This document shows positions 55,146-64,000 of a stretch of 64,000 nucleotides of DNA, piece after piece. The translations under genes were made by a program, and so were the position numbers. The stretch's first letter is position 1, and every line of letters starts with the position of its first letter. Source of the DNA: Patescibacteria group bacterium (GTDB lineage Bacteria; Patescibacteriota; Patescibacteriia; Buchananbacterales; UBA6539). The notes beneath the pieces are model-generated. The model had not been told where the DNA came from and did no database searches. It saw nothing but the letters and a program-made list of their open reading frames with translations. The stretch is taken from the NCBI GenBank assembly GCA_041662625.1, contig JBAZSB010000002.1, positions 85,497 to 149,496 on the forward strand, written 5' to 3'.

Positions 55146-55760
55146 ATGTACCGAGTATCAACCAATATATCAAAAGAAAAATTTGAGAAAATGATTTCTG
55201 GAAATAAAGGCTACATTCCCAGTGAAACTCTTCGGGCTTTACAAGAAAATAAAAAAGGCGATCTGCTGTACAAAAAATCAGTTAAAAAAGAAGAGGCTCT
55301 AGAAGTTATTCAATACTTGGCCAAAAAAGGCTTAATTCCAATGACGCGCAGCCCTTATAAATTAGTTCAAGCGGCACTTGAAGAACAACAAAAAGAGGAA
55401 CAGAAAAAGCAAGATGAGGAAAAGACCAAGCTGAAAAAACAAAAACAAGCTGAGGAAGAAAAAGCAAAAGAAGAAGCAATGACTAAAAGTATGTCCCCAG
55501 CAAGAGCCAAGGCTTATATTGCTATGGAACGAGGTGAAGAATTATTAGCGGAAGACAGGGGCGAATCTAAAATTCAATATGATCAGCGCAGTCCAAGTAA
55601 TCGGCTACTAGATGAGCTTGATCGAGAAAAGGAAACGCGGGACACCAAGGCCGCTAAGGAAAAAGAAGGGGTGGAAAAATACTATAGTAAAAAAGATAGC
55701 CGGCGACGAAAACCGGACTTAGTGGATATGAGCAAATTACACGATATGGATATTGGTTAA
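55146..55760 (+). CDS. hypothetical Lys/Glu-rich protein ending in DMDIG
   Basis: 204 aa. Shares an N-terminal xNIS motif and the C-terminal DxDIG with 56033..56704. Confidence 0.45.
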   Translation: MYRVSTNISKEKFEKMISGNKGYIPSETLRALQENKKGDLLYKKSVKKEEALEVIQYLAKKGLIPMTRSPYKLVQAALEEQQKEEQKKQDEEKTKLKKQKQAEEEKAKEEAMTKSMSPARAKAYIAMERGEELLAEDRGESKIQYDQRSPSNRLLDELDREKETRDTKAAKEKEGVEKYYSKKDSRRRKPDLVDMSKLHDMDIG

Positions 55761-55825
55761 ATTACATCATTGCCGGCTGGAAGTCAGAATAATCTTTATA
55801 AAGTCTGAAGTATAAACACCAACAA

Positions 55826-55972
55826 TAAAATTACAAATTACAAATCTCAAATACCAAACAAATTACAATTACCAAAATTATAAATTCAAAACTCTTAGGA
55901 TTGCCGTTTCGGATTTTAAAAGTTGGAATTTGAGATTTGCTTGGAATTTGTGATTTTGAATTTGGTGCTTGT
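55826..55972. repeat. copy B of the long CAAAT/ATTTG-rich imperfect inverted-repeat element
   Basis: Shares AAATTACAAATCTCAA, CCAAA(T/C)AAATTACAATTACCAAAATT, TTGGAATTTG and TTTGGTGCTT with copy A (7709-7850). Confidence 0.55.
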
Positions 55973-56032
55973 TCCATACTGTATGTTACATAATAAGGAA
56001 ATAACCCACCTAAATTAAAACCTTATATTAAT

Positions 56033-56704
56033 ATGGCAACAAATCGTTTTTCGGACAATATTTCTCCAATGGCTAGCGGCACTGGCTCTCACTATGCTAA
56101 GGGTAGCTTCACTAGTCGTCGGCCTAAAGGACTATCCAAAGCATTACTAGGAGCTCGCCAAAAAGGAAAACATACCTGGGCTAAAAATTTATCTAATTCA
56201 AATCTTGAAACTATCCGCGAAAAAATTGGCATAAGGGCAAGAAAACTTTCAAAATATTCTAAAGGTTTTTCCCGCAAAACGGTAAAGGAGTTAAATGCTG
56301 AGTTCAGAAAAGAATGGAAAGAAAATCCTGATTTTTCTTATGAAGATTTTAAAGATGCTAAAAAAGTAGTTGAGGCGATGAGGGCTTATAAACCTAACCA
56401 AAAAACTACTACGGCTGAACCAGAAGCGGCCGCGACCGAACCAACAAGGCGAGCAGTTCATTTTATTACCGATAAAAATACAGAAGAGCCATTCAACCCA
56501 GTTTTAGATTCACTAGCCGGCACCACACTTAAAACGACTATGAGAGCTGATACCACCCTATCTAAACCCAAAACAACTAACCCTGCTCCAGATCCAGTTA
56601 AACCAGGAGTTGAGCCAACAAAACCAGACATTATTGCTAAAAGAGAAGGAGACAATTTATCCCCGGATAAAGATGGAAAAGTAGTGGATATTGATATAGG
56701 CTAA
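56033..56704 (+). CDS. hypothetical protein ending in DIDIG
   Basis: 223 aa; see 55146..55760. Confidence 0.45.
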   Translation: MATNRFSDNISPMASGTGSHYAKGSFTSRRPKGLSKALLGARQKGKHTWAKNLSNSNLETIREKIGIRARKLSKYSKGFSRKTVKELNAEFRKEWKENPDFSYEDFKDAKKVVEAMRAYKPNQKTTTAEPEAAATEPTRRAVHFITDKNTEEPFNPVLDSLAGTTLKTTMRADTTLSKPKTTNPAPDPVKPGVEPTKPDIIAKREGDNLSPDKDGKVVDIDIG

Positions 56705-56845
56705 AAATTAAAAAAATACCTAAAAAAATTGCTAAAATTAGCTAAACTTTAAGGCATATTTTTCTTGCCAAAAAACCAAATATTTGCTAAAATAAAAGTG
56801 ACAAAAGAAAGTCATTTTTTAGTTTATAACTAGTAATTAACACCT

Positions 56846-57499
56846 ATGATTATTAACTGGTTTGGCCAATCCTGCTTCAAAATTCAAGGAGAAAAAAGTA
56901 TCGTGGTTACAGATCCTTTTGATAAATCCTGTGGCCTAAAAGTACCGCGTTTGGCCGCCGACATTGTTACAATCAGCCATAATTTTGATGATACTGATAT
57001 TTCCTCGGGGGTCAAAGGTATCACCGAGAATGAACCATTTGTTATTAATGGACCAGGTGAATATGAAATAAAACAAGTATTTGTCTACGGTATCCCTTCT
57101 TATTCAAATAACCAAGGCGACAAGGAGCAAAAAAAGAGCCTTCTCTACCGCCTGGAAATTGACGGCATTAGTTTGGCCCATCTAGGAAACTTGGATCACG
57201 TCTTAGCCAATGGTGAAATTGAAAAATTAGAAGGCGTTGATATATTAATGATTCCGGTAGGCGGCACTTACACTATTAATGCTAAGCAAGCAACTGAAAT
57301 AATTAGTCAGCTTGAGCCAAGAATAGTTATCCCGATGGCTTATGATACTCCCGGTTTAAAGTTAAAGCATAAAATTGATGATATTAAAGTTTTCTGCAAA
57401 GAATTTGGTGCCTGCCCCAGAGAAGAAATCGGCAAATTTAAAGTAACCAAAAAGGACTTACCCCAAGAAGACCTGAAAGTAATTATCCTTCAACCTTAA
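56846..57499 (+). CDS. MBL-fold metallo-hydrolase
   Basis: Short-form MBL pattern with HxHxD-like motifs. Moderate confidence. Confidence 0.6.
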   Translation: MIINWFGQSCFKIQGEKSIVVTDPFDKSCGLKVPRLAADIVTISHNFDDTDISSGVKGITENEPFVINGPGEYEIKQVFVYGIPSYSNNQGDKEQKKSLLYRLEIDGISLAHLGNLDHVLANGEIEKLEGVDILMIPVGGTYTINAKQATEIISQLEPRIVIPMAYDTPGLKLKHKIDDIKVFCKEFGACPREEIGKFKVTKKDLPQEDLKVIILQP

Positions 57500-57500
57500 T

Positions 57501-57905
57501 ATGGCCAGGGGCAAAAAATCAGTTGACCAAAAGAGTAAAATTAAAAAATTTAAAGTCCAGGATTTACCGGAAGATGCCAGAAAAAAAATTCTAATTACTA
57601 GCGTCACGATCCTAACTTTAATAATATTTTCAATTTGGCTAGTTTATTTAAAAGCTAATTTTGAACGGGCAAATAATCAACCTCCGGATGAACAATGGGA
57701 ACAAATCAAAAAAGATTTATCAGGATTTCTAGAAACTACCGGAGAAGATTTAAATAAACTAACAAATCAAGTTAAACAAGAAAATGAATCGACTACTACT
57801 CCGCCAAGTTTACTTGAGGAAACCACCCAACCAACCACGACTCCTAATCTTTCTGAAAAAGAGCTGGAAGAAATAAAAAATAAACTACTGGAAAAAACTA
57901 ATTAA
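57501..57905 (+). CDS. membrane-anchored hypothetical protein
   Basis: One TM segment, then Thr/Pro-rich. Confidence 0.4.
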   Translation: MARGKKSVDQKSKIKKFKVQDLPEDARKKILITSVTILTLIIFSIWLVYLKANFERANNQPPDEQWEQIKKDLSGFLETTGEDLNKLTNQVKQENESTTTPPSLLEETTQPTTTPNLSEKELEEIKNKLLEKTN

Positions 57906-57908
57906 GAT

Positions 57909-60467
57909 ATGCCAAAAAAAGTAAAAAAATCAAAGTTGCCAAAAGCCAAAAAGCAAGGGCCGGAAGAGAAAAAAAAGACCGGCAAGAAAGAAGCTGTCAC
58001 ACAAGAAACTTCGACCCCTTCAGACAAAAAAAATATCGGCAAATTAGTTCAAAGACCAATTGTTGCAGAAATGCAAGAATCATATTTGGATTATGCCATG
58101 TCAGTAATTATTGCCCGGGCCTTACCTGACGTCCGCGATGGTTTAAAACCAGTGCACCGCCGAATTTTATACGCGATGTGGAATATTGGCTTACGGCCGG
58201 GGGCAAAATTTAGAAAATCAGCCACCGTCGTCGGCGAAGTCTTAGGTAAATATCATCCTCATGGTGATGCGGCCGTCTATGAATCAATGGTGCGCATGGC
58301 CCAGGACTTTTCTTTGCGTTACCCTTTAATTAAAGGCCAAGGTAATTTTGGCTCAATGGACGGTGATGGTGCCGCAGCGATGCGCTATACGGAAGCCAAA
58401 TTAGCCAATATTACTGAGGAACTTTTGGCCGATATTGAAAAAGAAACGGTTAATTTTACGCCTAATTATGATGGTACCCAAAAAGAACCAACCGTCATGC
58501 CGGCCAGACTACCAAATTTACTGATTAACGGCACAATGGGAATTGCCGTTGGTATGGCCACCAATATTGCGCCTCATAATTTGACTGAGGTGGTGGACGG
58601 AACAATTCATTTAATCGATCACCCCAACGCGAATGTTGATGATTTATTTAATTTCATTAAAGGACCGGATTTCCCAACTGGCGGCATAATTTTTGATGTC
58701 AACGAAATTAAACAAACATTTGCCACCGGCAAAGGCGGAGTAGTAGTTCGAGCCAAAACTGAAATTATTGAAGGTAGTGGTGGCGCTTTCAAAATTATTG
58801 TCTCAGAAGTTCCTTATCAAGTTAATAAAGCCTCAATTTTAGAAAAAATTGCTGAATTAGTTAAAGATAAAAAAATCGACGGCATCAAAGATTTAAGAGA
58901 TGAATCATCAAAAGAAGGGGTGCGAGTAGTCATTGAATTAAAAAAAGATGCTTATCCAAAAAAAGTTTTAAATACTCTTTTTAAATTAACCGACCTTCAG
59001 ACGACATTTCATTCCAATATGCTGGCCCTAGTGGACGGCATTCAGCCCCGGGTTTTAACGTTGAAGATGATTTTGGAAGAATATATCAAGCATCGTCAGG
59101 AAGTGATTCGAAAACGAACAGAATATGATTTAGCCAAAGCCAAAGAGCGAGCCCATATTTTAGTTGGCTTAAAAATGGCTTTGGCCAAAATTGATGCGGT
59201 CATCAAAACCATTAAACAATCAAAAGATAAGGAAGTTGCCAAAGTTAACTTAATTAAAAAATTCAAACTTTCTGAACGGCAAGCCGTAGCAATTCTGGAA
59301 ATGAGACTACAACAGTTGGCTAATCTGGAACGGCTAAAAATTGAGCAGGAATTGAAAGAAAAACTGGCTCTAATTAAAGATTTAGAATCAATCCTGAAAT
59401 CACCAAAAAAGATTTCGGATATTATTAAAAAAGAATTGACTGATATTAAAGAAAAATATGGTAATGAACGGCGAACGCAAATTGTTGCCCATGGGGCTAA
59501 AAGCTTTTCCACTGAAGACTTAATCCCTAATGAAGACACAATTGTAACAATTACTAAAGATGGCTACATTAAACGCCTACCACCTGAGACTTTTAAAACC
59601 CAAGGCCGAGGCGGCAAAGGAGTGGTCGGCTTAACCACTAAGGAAGAAGATGCCGTCGAACAATTCTTTACTACCACGACCCACTCTGACATCCTATTTT
59701 TCACGACCAAGGGCCGAGTTTTTCAACTAAAAGCTTATGATATTCCCAAAGGTTCCCGTACCGCCAAGGGTCAGGCGATTGTTAATTTCTTGCAACTAGC
59801 CCCGGAAGAAAAAATTTCAGCCGCTTTACCTTTAAGTGAACTAGGTGATTATAAATTTTTGGTGATGGTAACTAATAGAGGTAATATTAAAAAAGTTAAC
59901 GTTACTGATTTTGATAATATTCGCCGTTCCGGTCTGATTGCTATTCGGCTAAAGAAAAATGATGAATTAGAATGGGTTAAACCTTCAGCCGGCAAGGATG
60001 AAGTAATTTTAGTCACGGCCCTGGGCCAAGCCATTAAATTCCGCGAGTCACAAGTCCGACCAATGGGTCGAGCCGCCGCCGGCGTCCGAGGCATTAGATT
60101 AAAAGGCAATGACCAGGTGATTGGGATGGACATTATTGACCCGACCCTAGCTAAAGTTGGCCATCTTTTAACGATTATGGCTCATGGCTATGGCAAACGC
60201 AGCAGCCTGACCAATTATAAAACCCAAGGCCGAGGCGGATCAGGCATTAAAACAGCCAAAATTACCCCCAAAACTGGCAATATTGTTGCTGCCACCGTTG
60301 TTAATGCCAAAGCGGTTGAAGAAGATATGATTATCATTTCCGCCAAAGGCCAAGTAATTCGACTCCCCCTAAAATCAGTCAATGTGTTGGGTCGAGCCAC
60401 CCAGGGGGTAAGATTAATGAAATTCAAAGAAGAGGATGATAAAGTCGCCTCCACCACCTTTGTTTAG
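57909..60467 (+). CDS. gyrA: DNA gyrase subunit A with Lys-rich N-terminal extension
   Basis: [35 protein letters not shown]-terminal beta-pinwheel repeats. Confidence 0.9.
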   Translation: MPKKVKKSKLPKAKKQGPEEKKKTGKKEAVTQETSTPSDKKNIGKLVQRPIVAEMQESYLDYAMSVIIARALPDVRDGLKPVHRRILYAMWNIGLRPGAKFRKSATVVGEVLGKYHPHGDAAVYESMVRMAQDFSLRYPLIKGQGNFGSMDGDGAAAMRYTEAKLANITEELLADIEKETVNFTPNYDGTQKEPTVMPARLPNLLINGTMGIAVGMATNIAPHNLTEVVDGTIHLIDHPNANVDDLFNFIKGPDFPTGGIIFDVNEIKQTFATGKGGVVVRAKTEIIEGSGGAFKIIVSEVPYQVNKASILEKIAELVKDKKIDGIKDLRDESSKEGVRVVIELKKDAYPKKVLNTLFKLTDLQTTFHSNMLALVDGIQPRVLTLKMILEEYIKHRQEVIRKRTEYDLAKAKERAHILVGLKMALAKIDAVIKTIKQSKDKEVAKVNLIKKFKLSERQAVAILEMRLQQLANLERLKIEQELKEKLALIKDLESILKSPKKISDIIKKELTDIKEKYGNERRTQIVAHGAKSFSTEDLIPNEDTIVTITKDGYIKRLPPETFKTQGRGGKGVVGLTTKEEDAVEQFFTTTTHSDILFFTTKGRVFQLKAYDIPKGSRTAKGQAIVNFLQLAPEEKISAALPLSELGDYKFLVMVTNRGNIKKVNVTDFDNIRRSGLIAIRLKKNDELEWVKPSAGKDEVILVTALGQAIKFRESQVRPMGRAAAGVRGIRLKGNDQVIGMDIIDPTLAKVGHLLTIMAHGYGKRSSLTNYKTQGRGGSGIKTAKITPKTGNIVAATVVNAKAVEEDMIIISAKGQVIRLPLKSVNVLGRATQGVRLMKFKEEDDKVASTTFV

Positions 60468-60569
60468 ACCTTGTCTCTTCATTGATTAAAACTTAAAATT
60501 AGCGTAAAATAATTCTAGTTACCAGCTACTGATCACTAACTACTAACAACTATTTACTAAATAACTACT

Positions 60570-60770
60570 ATGTCTGTACCTGCCAAAAGAAGAAGCAGAT
60601 CAAAAGGTAAAAGAGGACGAGCACACCAAGCTTTAGTCAGAAAAAAATTGACTAAATGTTCGAAATGCGGCAAACCAACCTTACCCCACCGGGTTTGTCT
60701 GTTTTGTGGCGCTTATCAAGGTCGCGAAATCATTAAACTAAAAACAAAAAAGAAGAAGGAAAAGAAATAA
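60570..60770 (+). CDS. rpmF: 50S ribosomal protein L32 with Lys-rich tail
   Basis: MSVPAKRRSRSKGKRGRAH....CxxCG...HRVC..CG.Y. Confidence 0.8.
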   Translation: MSVPAKRRSRSKGKRGRAHQALVRKKLTKCSKCGKPTLPHRVCLFCGAYQGREIIKLKTKKKKEKK

Positions 60771-60774
60771 CGCG

Positions 60775-60880
60775 ATGCTAATTTACGGATATCCCGATTC
60801 GTCGGGATCCCGACTTCTTTATTCAAAATAAATTAATGCGTCGGGACATTCGAATAAATTCGCATCATTAGCATTATACT
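60775..60880 (+). promoter_or_regulatory. structured GC-rich leader upstream of nusB
   Basis: ATCCCGA-TTCG-TCGGGAT is a 7-bp stem with a UUCG-type loop. ATGCTAAT (60779-60786) pairs with ATTAGCAT (60866-60873). Shares ATCCCGATTCG with the 53-nt insert at 30990-31005. Confidence 0.4.
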
Positions 60881-61345
60881 ATGTCTAACCGCCACTTAGC
60901 TCGCACGATTGCCTTGCAAACTCTTTATCAATGGGATTTTAATAATAGGAATAAAGAGAATTTAGAAACAGTAATCAGACGCAATCTAAAAGAGTTTGCT
61001 CCTCAATTCGATGACAAAGGTTTCATTGAGCACCTCGTTAAGGGTGTGATTAAAAATCAACCTGAAATTGACCAACTAATTACAACCTATGCTCCGGAAT
61101 GGCCAATTGAACAAATTACGATGGTTGATCGTAATGTCTTGCGAATTGGTATCCAAGAAATGAAGTATGATCCGGAAATCCCGGAAAAAGTGGCAATCAA
61201 TGAGGCAATTGAATTAGCTAAAACTTTTGGCGGCGAATCGTCCGGTAAATTCGTCAATGGAGTGCTGGGGACAATTTATAAAGAATTACTCAAGCAAAAG
61301 CCAGAAGGCAAAAAATTAGACGGGGTAAAACCAACTAACGATTAA
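60881..61345 (+). CDS. nusB: transcription antitermination factor NusB
   Basis: [14 protein letters not shown] and NusB fold motifs. Confidence 0.85.
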   Translation: MSNRHLARTIALQTLYQWDFNNRNKENLETVIRRNLKEFAPQFDDKGFIEHLVKGVIKNQPEIDQLITTYAPEWPIEQITMVDRNVLRIGIQEMKYDPEIPEKVAINEAIELAKTFGGESSGKFVNGVLGTIYKELLKQKPEGKKLDGVKPTND

Positions 61346-61366
61346 CTAGCTGGTAGCTTGTAGGAA

Positions 61367-61402
61367 GTAGCTTGGAGAAAGTTACTACCTCCCACAAGCT
61401 AC
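61367..61402 (+). promoter_or_regulatory. stem-loop between nusB and rnc (GTAGCTT-GGAG .. CTCC-cac-AAGCTAC)
   Basis: 7+4-bp stem with a 3-nt bulge, 16 nt before the rnc ATG. Contains the recurring GTAGGAAGTAG motif. Confidence 0.45.
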
Positions 61403-61417
61403 AAGCTAAAAGCTAAA

Positions 61418-62110
61418 ATGAAAGATTTCTCTCGTTTTGAAAAAAAACTTAAAATAGACTTCAAAAATCAGGATCTACTTAAACAGGCTTTTGTTCATCG
61501 CTCTTACATTAATGAAAATCCCAACTTTTCTCTTGGCCATAATGAACGACTGGAATTTTTAGGCGATGCTGTCCTGGAACTGGTGGTCACTGAATATCTC
61601 TATGAAAACTATCCTAATCCGGAAGGTGAATTAACTAACTGGCGGGCAAGCTTAGTCAATAGCCAAATGCTGGCCAAGCTGGCCAAAAAAATTGAAATGG
61701 AGGATTACCTTTATTTAAGCCGGGGTGAAACTAAAGACTCAAACAGTAAAGCCAGAAATTACATCTTGGCCAATGCCTTCGAAGCCTTGATTGGATCAAT
61801 TTACCTTGACCAGGGCTACAAAAAATCCAGCGAATTCATCAATAAAGTGCTAATTCCTGAACTCCCATATATTCTTTCACATCAGCTTTATCTTGATCCC
61901 AAAAGTAAATTTCAAGAAATGGCTCAAGAAAAAATAGGAATCACGCCAACTTATCGAGTCATTAAGGAAAGTGGCCCTGATCATGACAAAAAATTCCAAG
62001 TTGGTGTTTATCTGAACGAAGAATTAATTGCCCAAAGCAGCGGCTCAAGTAAGCAAGAAGCTCAGGTTAAAGCTGCTGCCAAAGCCTTGACTAAAAAAAA
62101 CTGGGAGTAG
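61418..62110 (+). CDS. rnc: ribonuclease III
   Basis: ERLEFLGDAVLELVV signature and C-terminal dsRBD. Confidence 0.9.
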   Translation: MKDFSRFEKKLKIDFKNQDLLKQAFVHRSYINENPNFSLGHNERLEFLGDAVLELVVTEYLYENYPNPEGELTNWRASLVNSQMLAKLAKKIEMEDYLYLSRGETKDSNSKARNYILANAFEALIGSIYLDQGYKKSSEFINKVLIPELPYILSHQLYLDPKSKFQEMAQEKIGITPTYRVIKESGPDHDKKFQVGVYLNEELIAQSSGSSKQEAQVKAAAKALTKKNWE

Positions 62111-62202
62111 TCTCAGGCCTGGAGAAGTTAAAATAAAAATGAGTCGAGACAAGAAAACTTATCTTGACTTATCTGGGCTTAATTCTTATCTTGACTAAAA
62201 TT

Positions 62203-63243
62203 ATGAAGATTGACGATTTATTTAAAGCCGCCGTTGACAGCAAGGCTTCGGACCTCCATATTGTCGTTGGGATGCCACCAATCTTAAGAATTGATGGCAA
62301 TTTAGAAGAAATTAAAGGCCAGACAAGAATCACGGCTAAAGCCGCCGAAGAACTAATTTTTCCTATCTTAACCGAAAAACAAAAAGAGATTTTTCAAACT
62401 AAAAGGGAATTGGATTTATCTTATGAAATAAAAAGTGGCCATCGTTTTCGGGTTAACCTCCATTGGGAAAGAGATAATGTTGGTCTAGTCGCCCGGGTCA
62501 TTTCCTCTAAAATTCCGACTATGGAAGACTTGAGTATGCCCGAAGTTGCTTATAAACTCTTAGAGATGAAGCAGGGTTTAATTCTGATTACCGGACCAAC
62601 TGGCTGCGGCAAATCAACAACTTTAGCGGCAATGATTAATTATATTAATACTCATCGCTCCGTTAATATTATTACCCTTGAAGATCCGATTGAATTTTTG
62701 TTTAAACCTGACAAAAGTATTATTAAACAACGCCAACTCCATACTGACATGATTACCTTTAATGATGCTTTGGTCCACGTTTTGCGTCAGGATCCAAATG
62801 TAATTATGGTGGGTGAGATGCGCGACTTAGAAACAATTGCCGCCACTATCACGATTGCTGAAACCGGTCATTTGGTGCTGGCAACTCTTCATACTCATAA
62901 TGCCGCCCAGACTATTGATCGGATTATCGATATTTTTCCGCCCCATCAACAACAACAAATTAGGCTGCAAGTTTCACTGACGCTCAATGCCGTCTTATCC
63001 CAGCAGCTGATTCCCAAAAAGGATGGCGGTCGGATTGCCACCCGTGAAATTCTTCTGAATGTTCCGGCAATTTCCAATTTAATCCGGGAAAATAAAATCA
63101 CCCAGATTAAAACCGTAATCCAAACCAGTGGCGAAGAAGGGATGGTGACCATGGATCAAGATTTGATCAATATGTATAACAACAGTCTGATTGAAAAAGA
63201 AGTAGCCCAGTCCCATATGACTAGTCCGGATTTACTTGATTAA
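62203..63243 (+). CDS. pilT: type IV pilus twitching-motility ATPase PilT
   Basis: Start at MKIDDLF; GPTGCGKSTT Walker A; AIRNLIRE-like motif (ISNLIRE). Confidence 0.85.
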   Translation: MKIDDLFKAAVDSKASDLHIVVGMPPILRIDGNLEEIKGQTRITAKAAEELIFPILTEKQKEIFQTKRELDLSYEIKSGHRFRVNLHWERDNVGLVARVISSKIPTMEDLSMPEVAYKLLEMKQGLILITGPTGCGKSTTLAAMINYINTHRSVNIITLEDPIEFLFKPDKSIIKQRQLHTDMITFNDALVHVLRQDPNVIMVGEMRDLETIAATITIAETGHLVLATLHTHNAAQTIDRIIDIFPPHQQQQIRLQVSLTLNAVLSQQLIPKKDGGRIATREILLNVPAISNLIRENKITQIKTVIQTSGEEGMVTMDQDLINMYNNSLIEKEVAQSHMTSPDLLD

Positions 63244-63442
63244 TTTAATCCAATTATATTAGCATTGGGGCATTGCCCCGCACCAATTCCAATTGCTGAT
63301 TTTGTCTTTAAATGACCCAAGTTGTTAGACGATTCCGCACGTAAACAACAAACTAAACTAGCGTTAACTACCCCGCGGAATTTAGTGCGGGGTTGATTTT
63401 TTTAAAATTTTATGATAGTCTATTGAAGTTAATTACACTTAC

Positions 63443-63518
63443 GCGCTCGTAGCTCAATGGATAGAGCACTTGGCTTCGGACCAAGGGGTTGTAGGTTCGA
63501 CTCCTACCGGGCGCGCCA
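63443..63518 (+). tRNA. tRNA-Arg (anticodon TCG)
   Basis: Acceptor GCGCTCG/CGGGCGC, anticodon stem CTTGG/CCAAG with loop CTTCGGA, T-arm GTAGG-TTCGACT-CCTAC, encoded CCA. Confidence 0.8.
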
Positions 63519-63535
63519 ATTTTAACCATCAGTAC

Positions 63536-63608
63536 GGGCGCATAGCTCAGCTGGTAGAGCTGCTCCCTCTTAAGGAGAAGGTCGCAGGTTCGAATCCTGC
63601 TGCGCCCA
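63536..63608 (+). tRNA. tRNA-Lys (anticodon CTT)
   Basis: Acceptor GGGCGCA/TGCGCCC, anticodon loop CTCTTAA, T-arm GCAGG-TTCGAAT-CCTGC. CCA not encoded. Confidence 0.8.
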
Positions 63609-63665
63609 CTTTAAAGTCACCTCGTAATTGGGGTGGTTTTTTGATATAATACTTAGGTACTATTT

Positions 63666-64000
63666 ATGAAAAAAATATTTGCTGTCACAATTTTAATTTT
63701 ATTTATTTGGCCCCATTTGGTCCAAGCTACGGAAACTGATTTAGCTCAACAACTTAGTGGCCGGATTCTGCTCCAAGTTGAAAGCTACGGCCGGGCCTGG
63801 TATGTTGATCCAATTGGTAAAGAAAGGTATTACTTGCAAGATGGCAATATGGCTTATGAAATCATGAGAAATATGAGCCTAGGTATTACTAATGCTGATT
63901 TGGCAAAAATTCCAACTGCCAGGGGACAGAAGGCCAATAGTAAACTAGTTAACCGCCTTTTGGGCCGAATACTGCTCCAGGTCGAAAAAAATGGTGAGGC
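63666..64000 (+). CDS. secreted repeat protein, partial (runs off window end); possible cell-wall-binding-type repeats
   Basis: ATG at 63666 and signal peptide MKKIFAVTILILFIWPHLVQA. Repeated GRILLQVE..G.AWYV.P modules. Absent from the ORF track because no stop falls within the window. Confidence 0.5.
   Translation, partial: MKKIFAVTILILFIWPHLVQATETDLAQQLSGRILLQVESYGRAWYVDPIGKERYYLQDGNMAYEIMRNMSLGITNADLAKIPTARGQKANSKLVNRLLGRILLQVEKNGE

Noticed and set aside
62164-62202. Upstream start for pilT
   Set aside because: PilT homology and a sensible N-terminus begin at MKIDDLF (62203). The extension is hydrophobic junk.
1-64000. CRISPR arrays, rRNA genes, integrase or transposase genes
   Set aside because: No regularly spaced direct repeats with unique spacers, no rRNA-like conserved blocks and no recombinase motifs were seen.

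Overview
This window is a low-GC (roughly 35-40% GC) genome segment whose gene content and architecture look like a Candidate Phyla Radiation / Patescibacteria-type bacterium. Host-like genes include an archaeal-type PEP carboxylase, three TrmB-family regulators, PilB/PilT, TsaD/TsaE, FtsH, S1, GyrA with a Lys-rich N-terminal tail, RNase III, NusA/NusB, trigger factor, TrxA/TrxB and RlmN. These genes mostly lack Shine-Dalgarno sites but sit behind near-consensus TTGACA-N17-TATAAT promoters, and TGA is used as a stop codon (standard code). The mostly housekeeping backbone carries many small insertions. (1) Short GC-rich (50-58%) islands whose genes all carry strong GGAGG ribosome-binding sites: a ParB-like nuclease next to tRNA-Ala with a parS-like palindrome, a secreted protein ending in a C-terminal Phe that resembles an outer-membrane beta-barrel, a four-gene unknown operon, an ankyrin-repeat protein, and several membrane or unknown proteins. 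(2) Two tiny GIY-YIG nuclease ORFs, each immediately 5' of an intact tRNA (Ala-GGC, Glu-TTC) and each preceded by a partial duplicate of that tRNA's 5' end; one is bounded by perfect 20-bp terminal inverted repeats. (3) A family of GC-rich palindromic mini-elements ending in CCCCTCACC. (4) Insertions that duplicate the 5' end of the gene they enter (rlmN, tsaD). (5) An orphan promoter-terminator unit predicting a ~340-nt structured non-coding RNA. (6) Dispersed long-hairpin repeats and a duplicated terminator-promoter cassette. Four tRNAs are present (Ala-GGC, Glu-TTC, Arg-TCG, Lys-CTT). I saw no rRNA and no CRISPR array. All calls are by eye from the sequence and ORF track; no database search was run.
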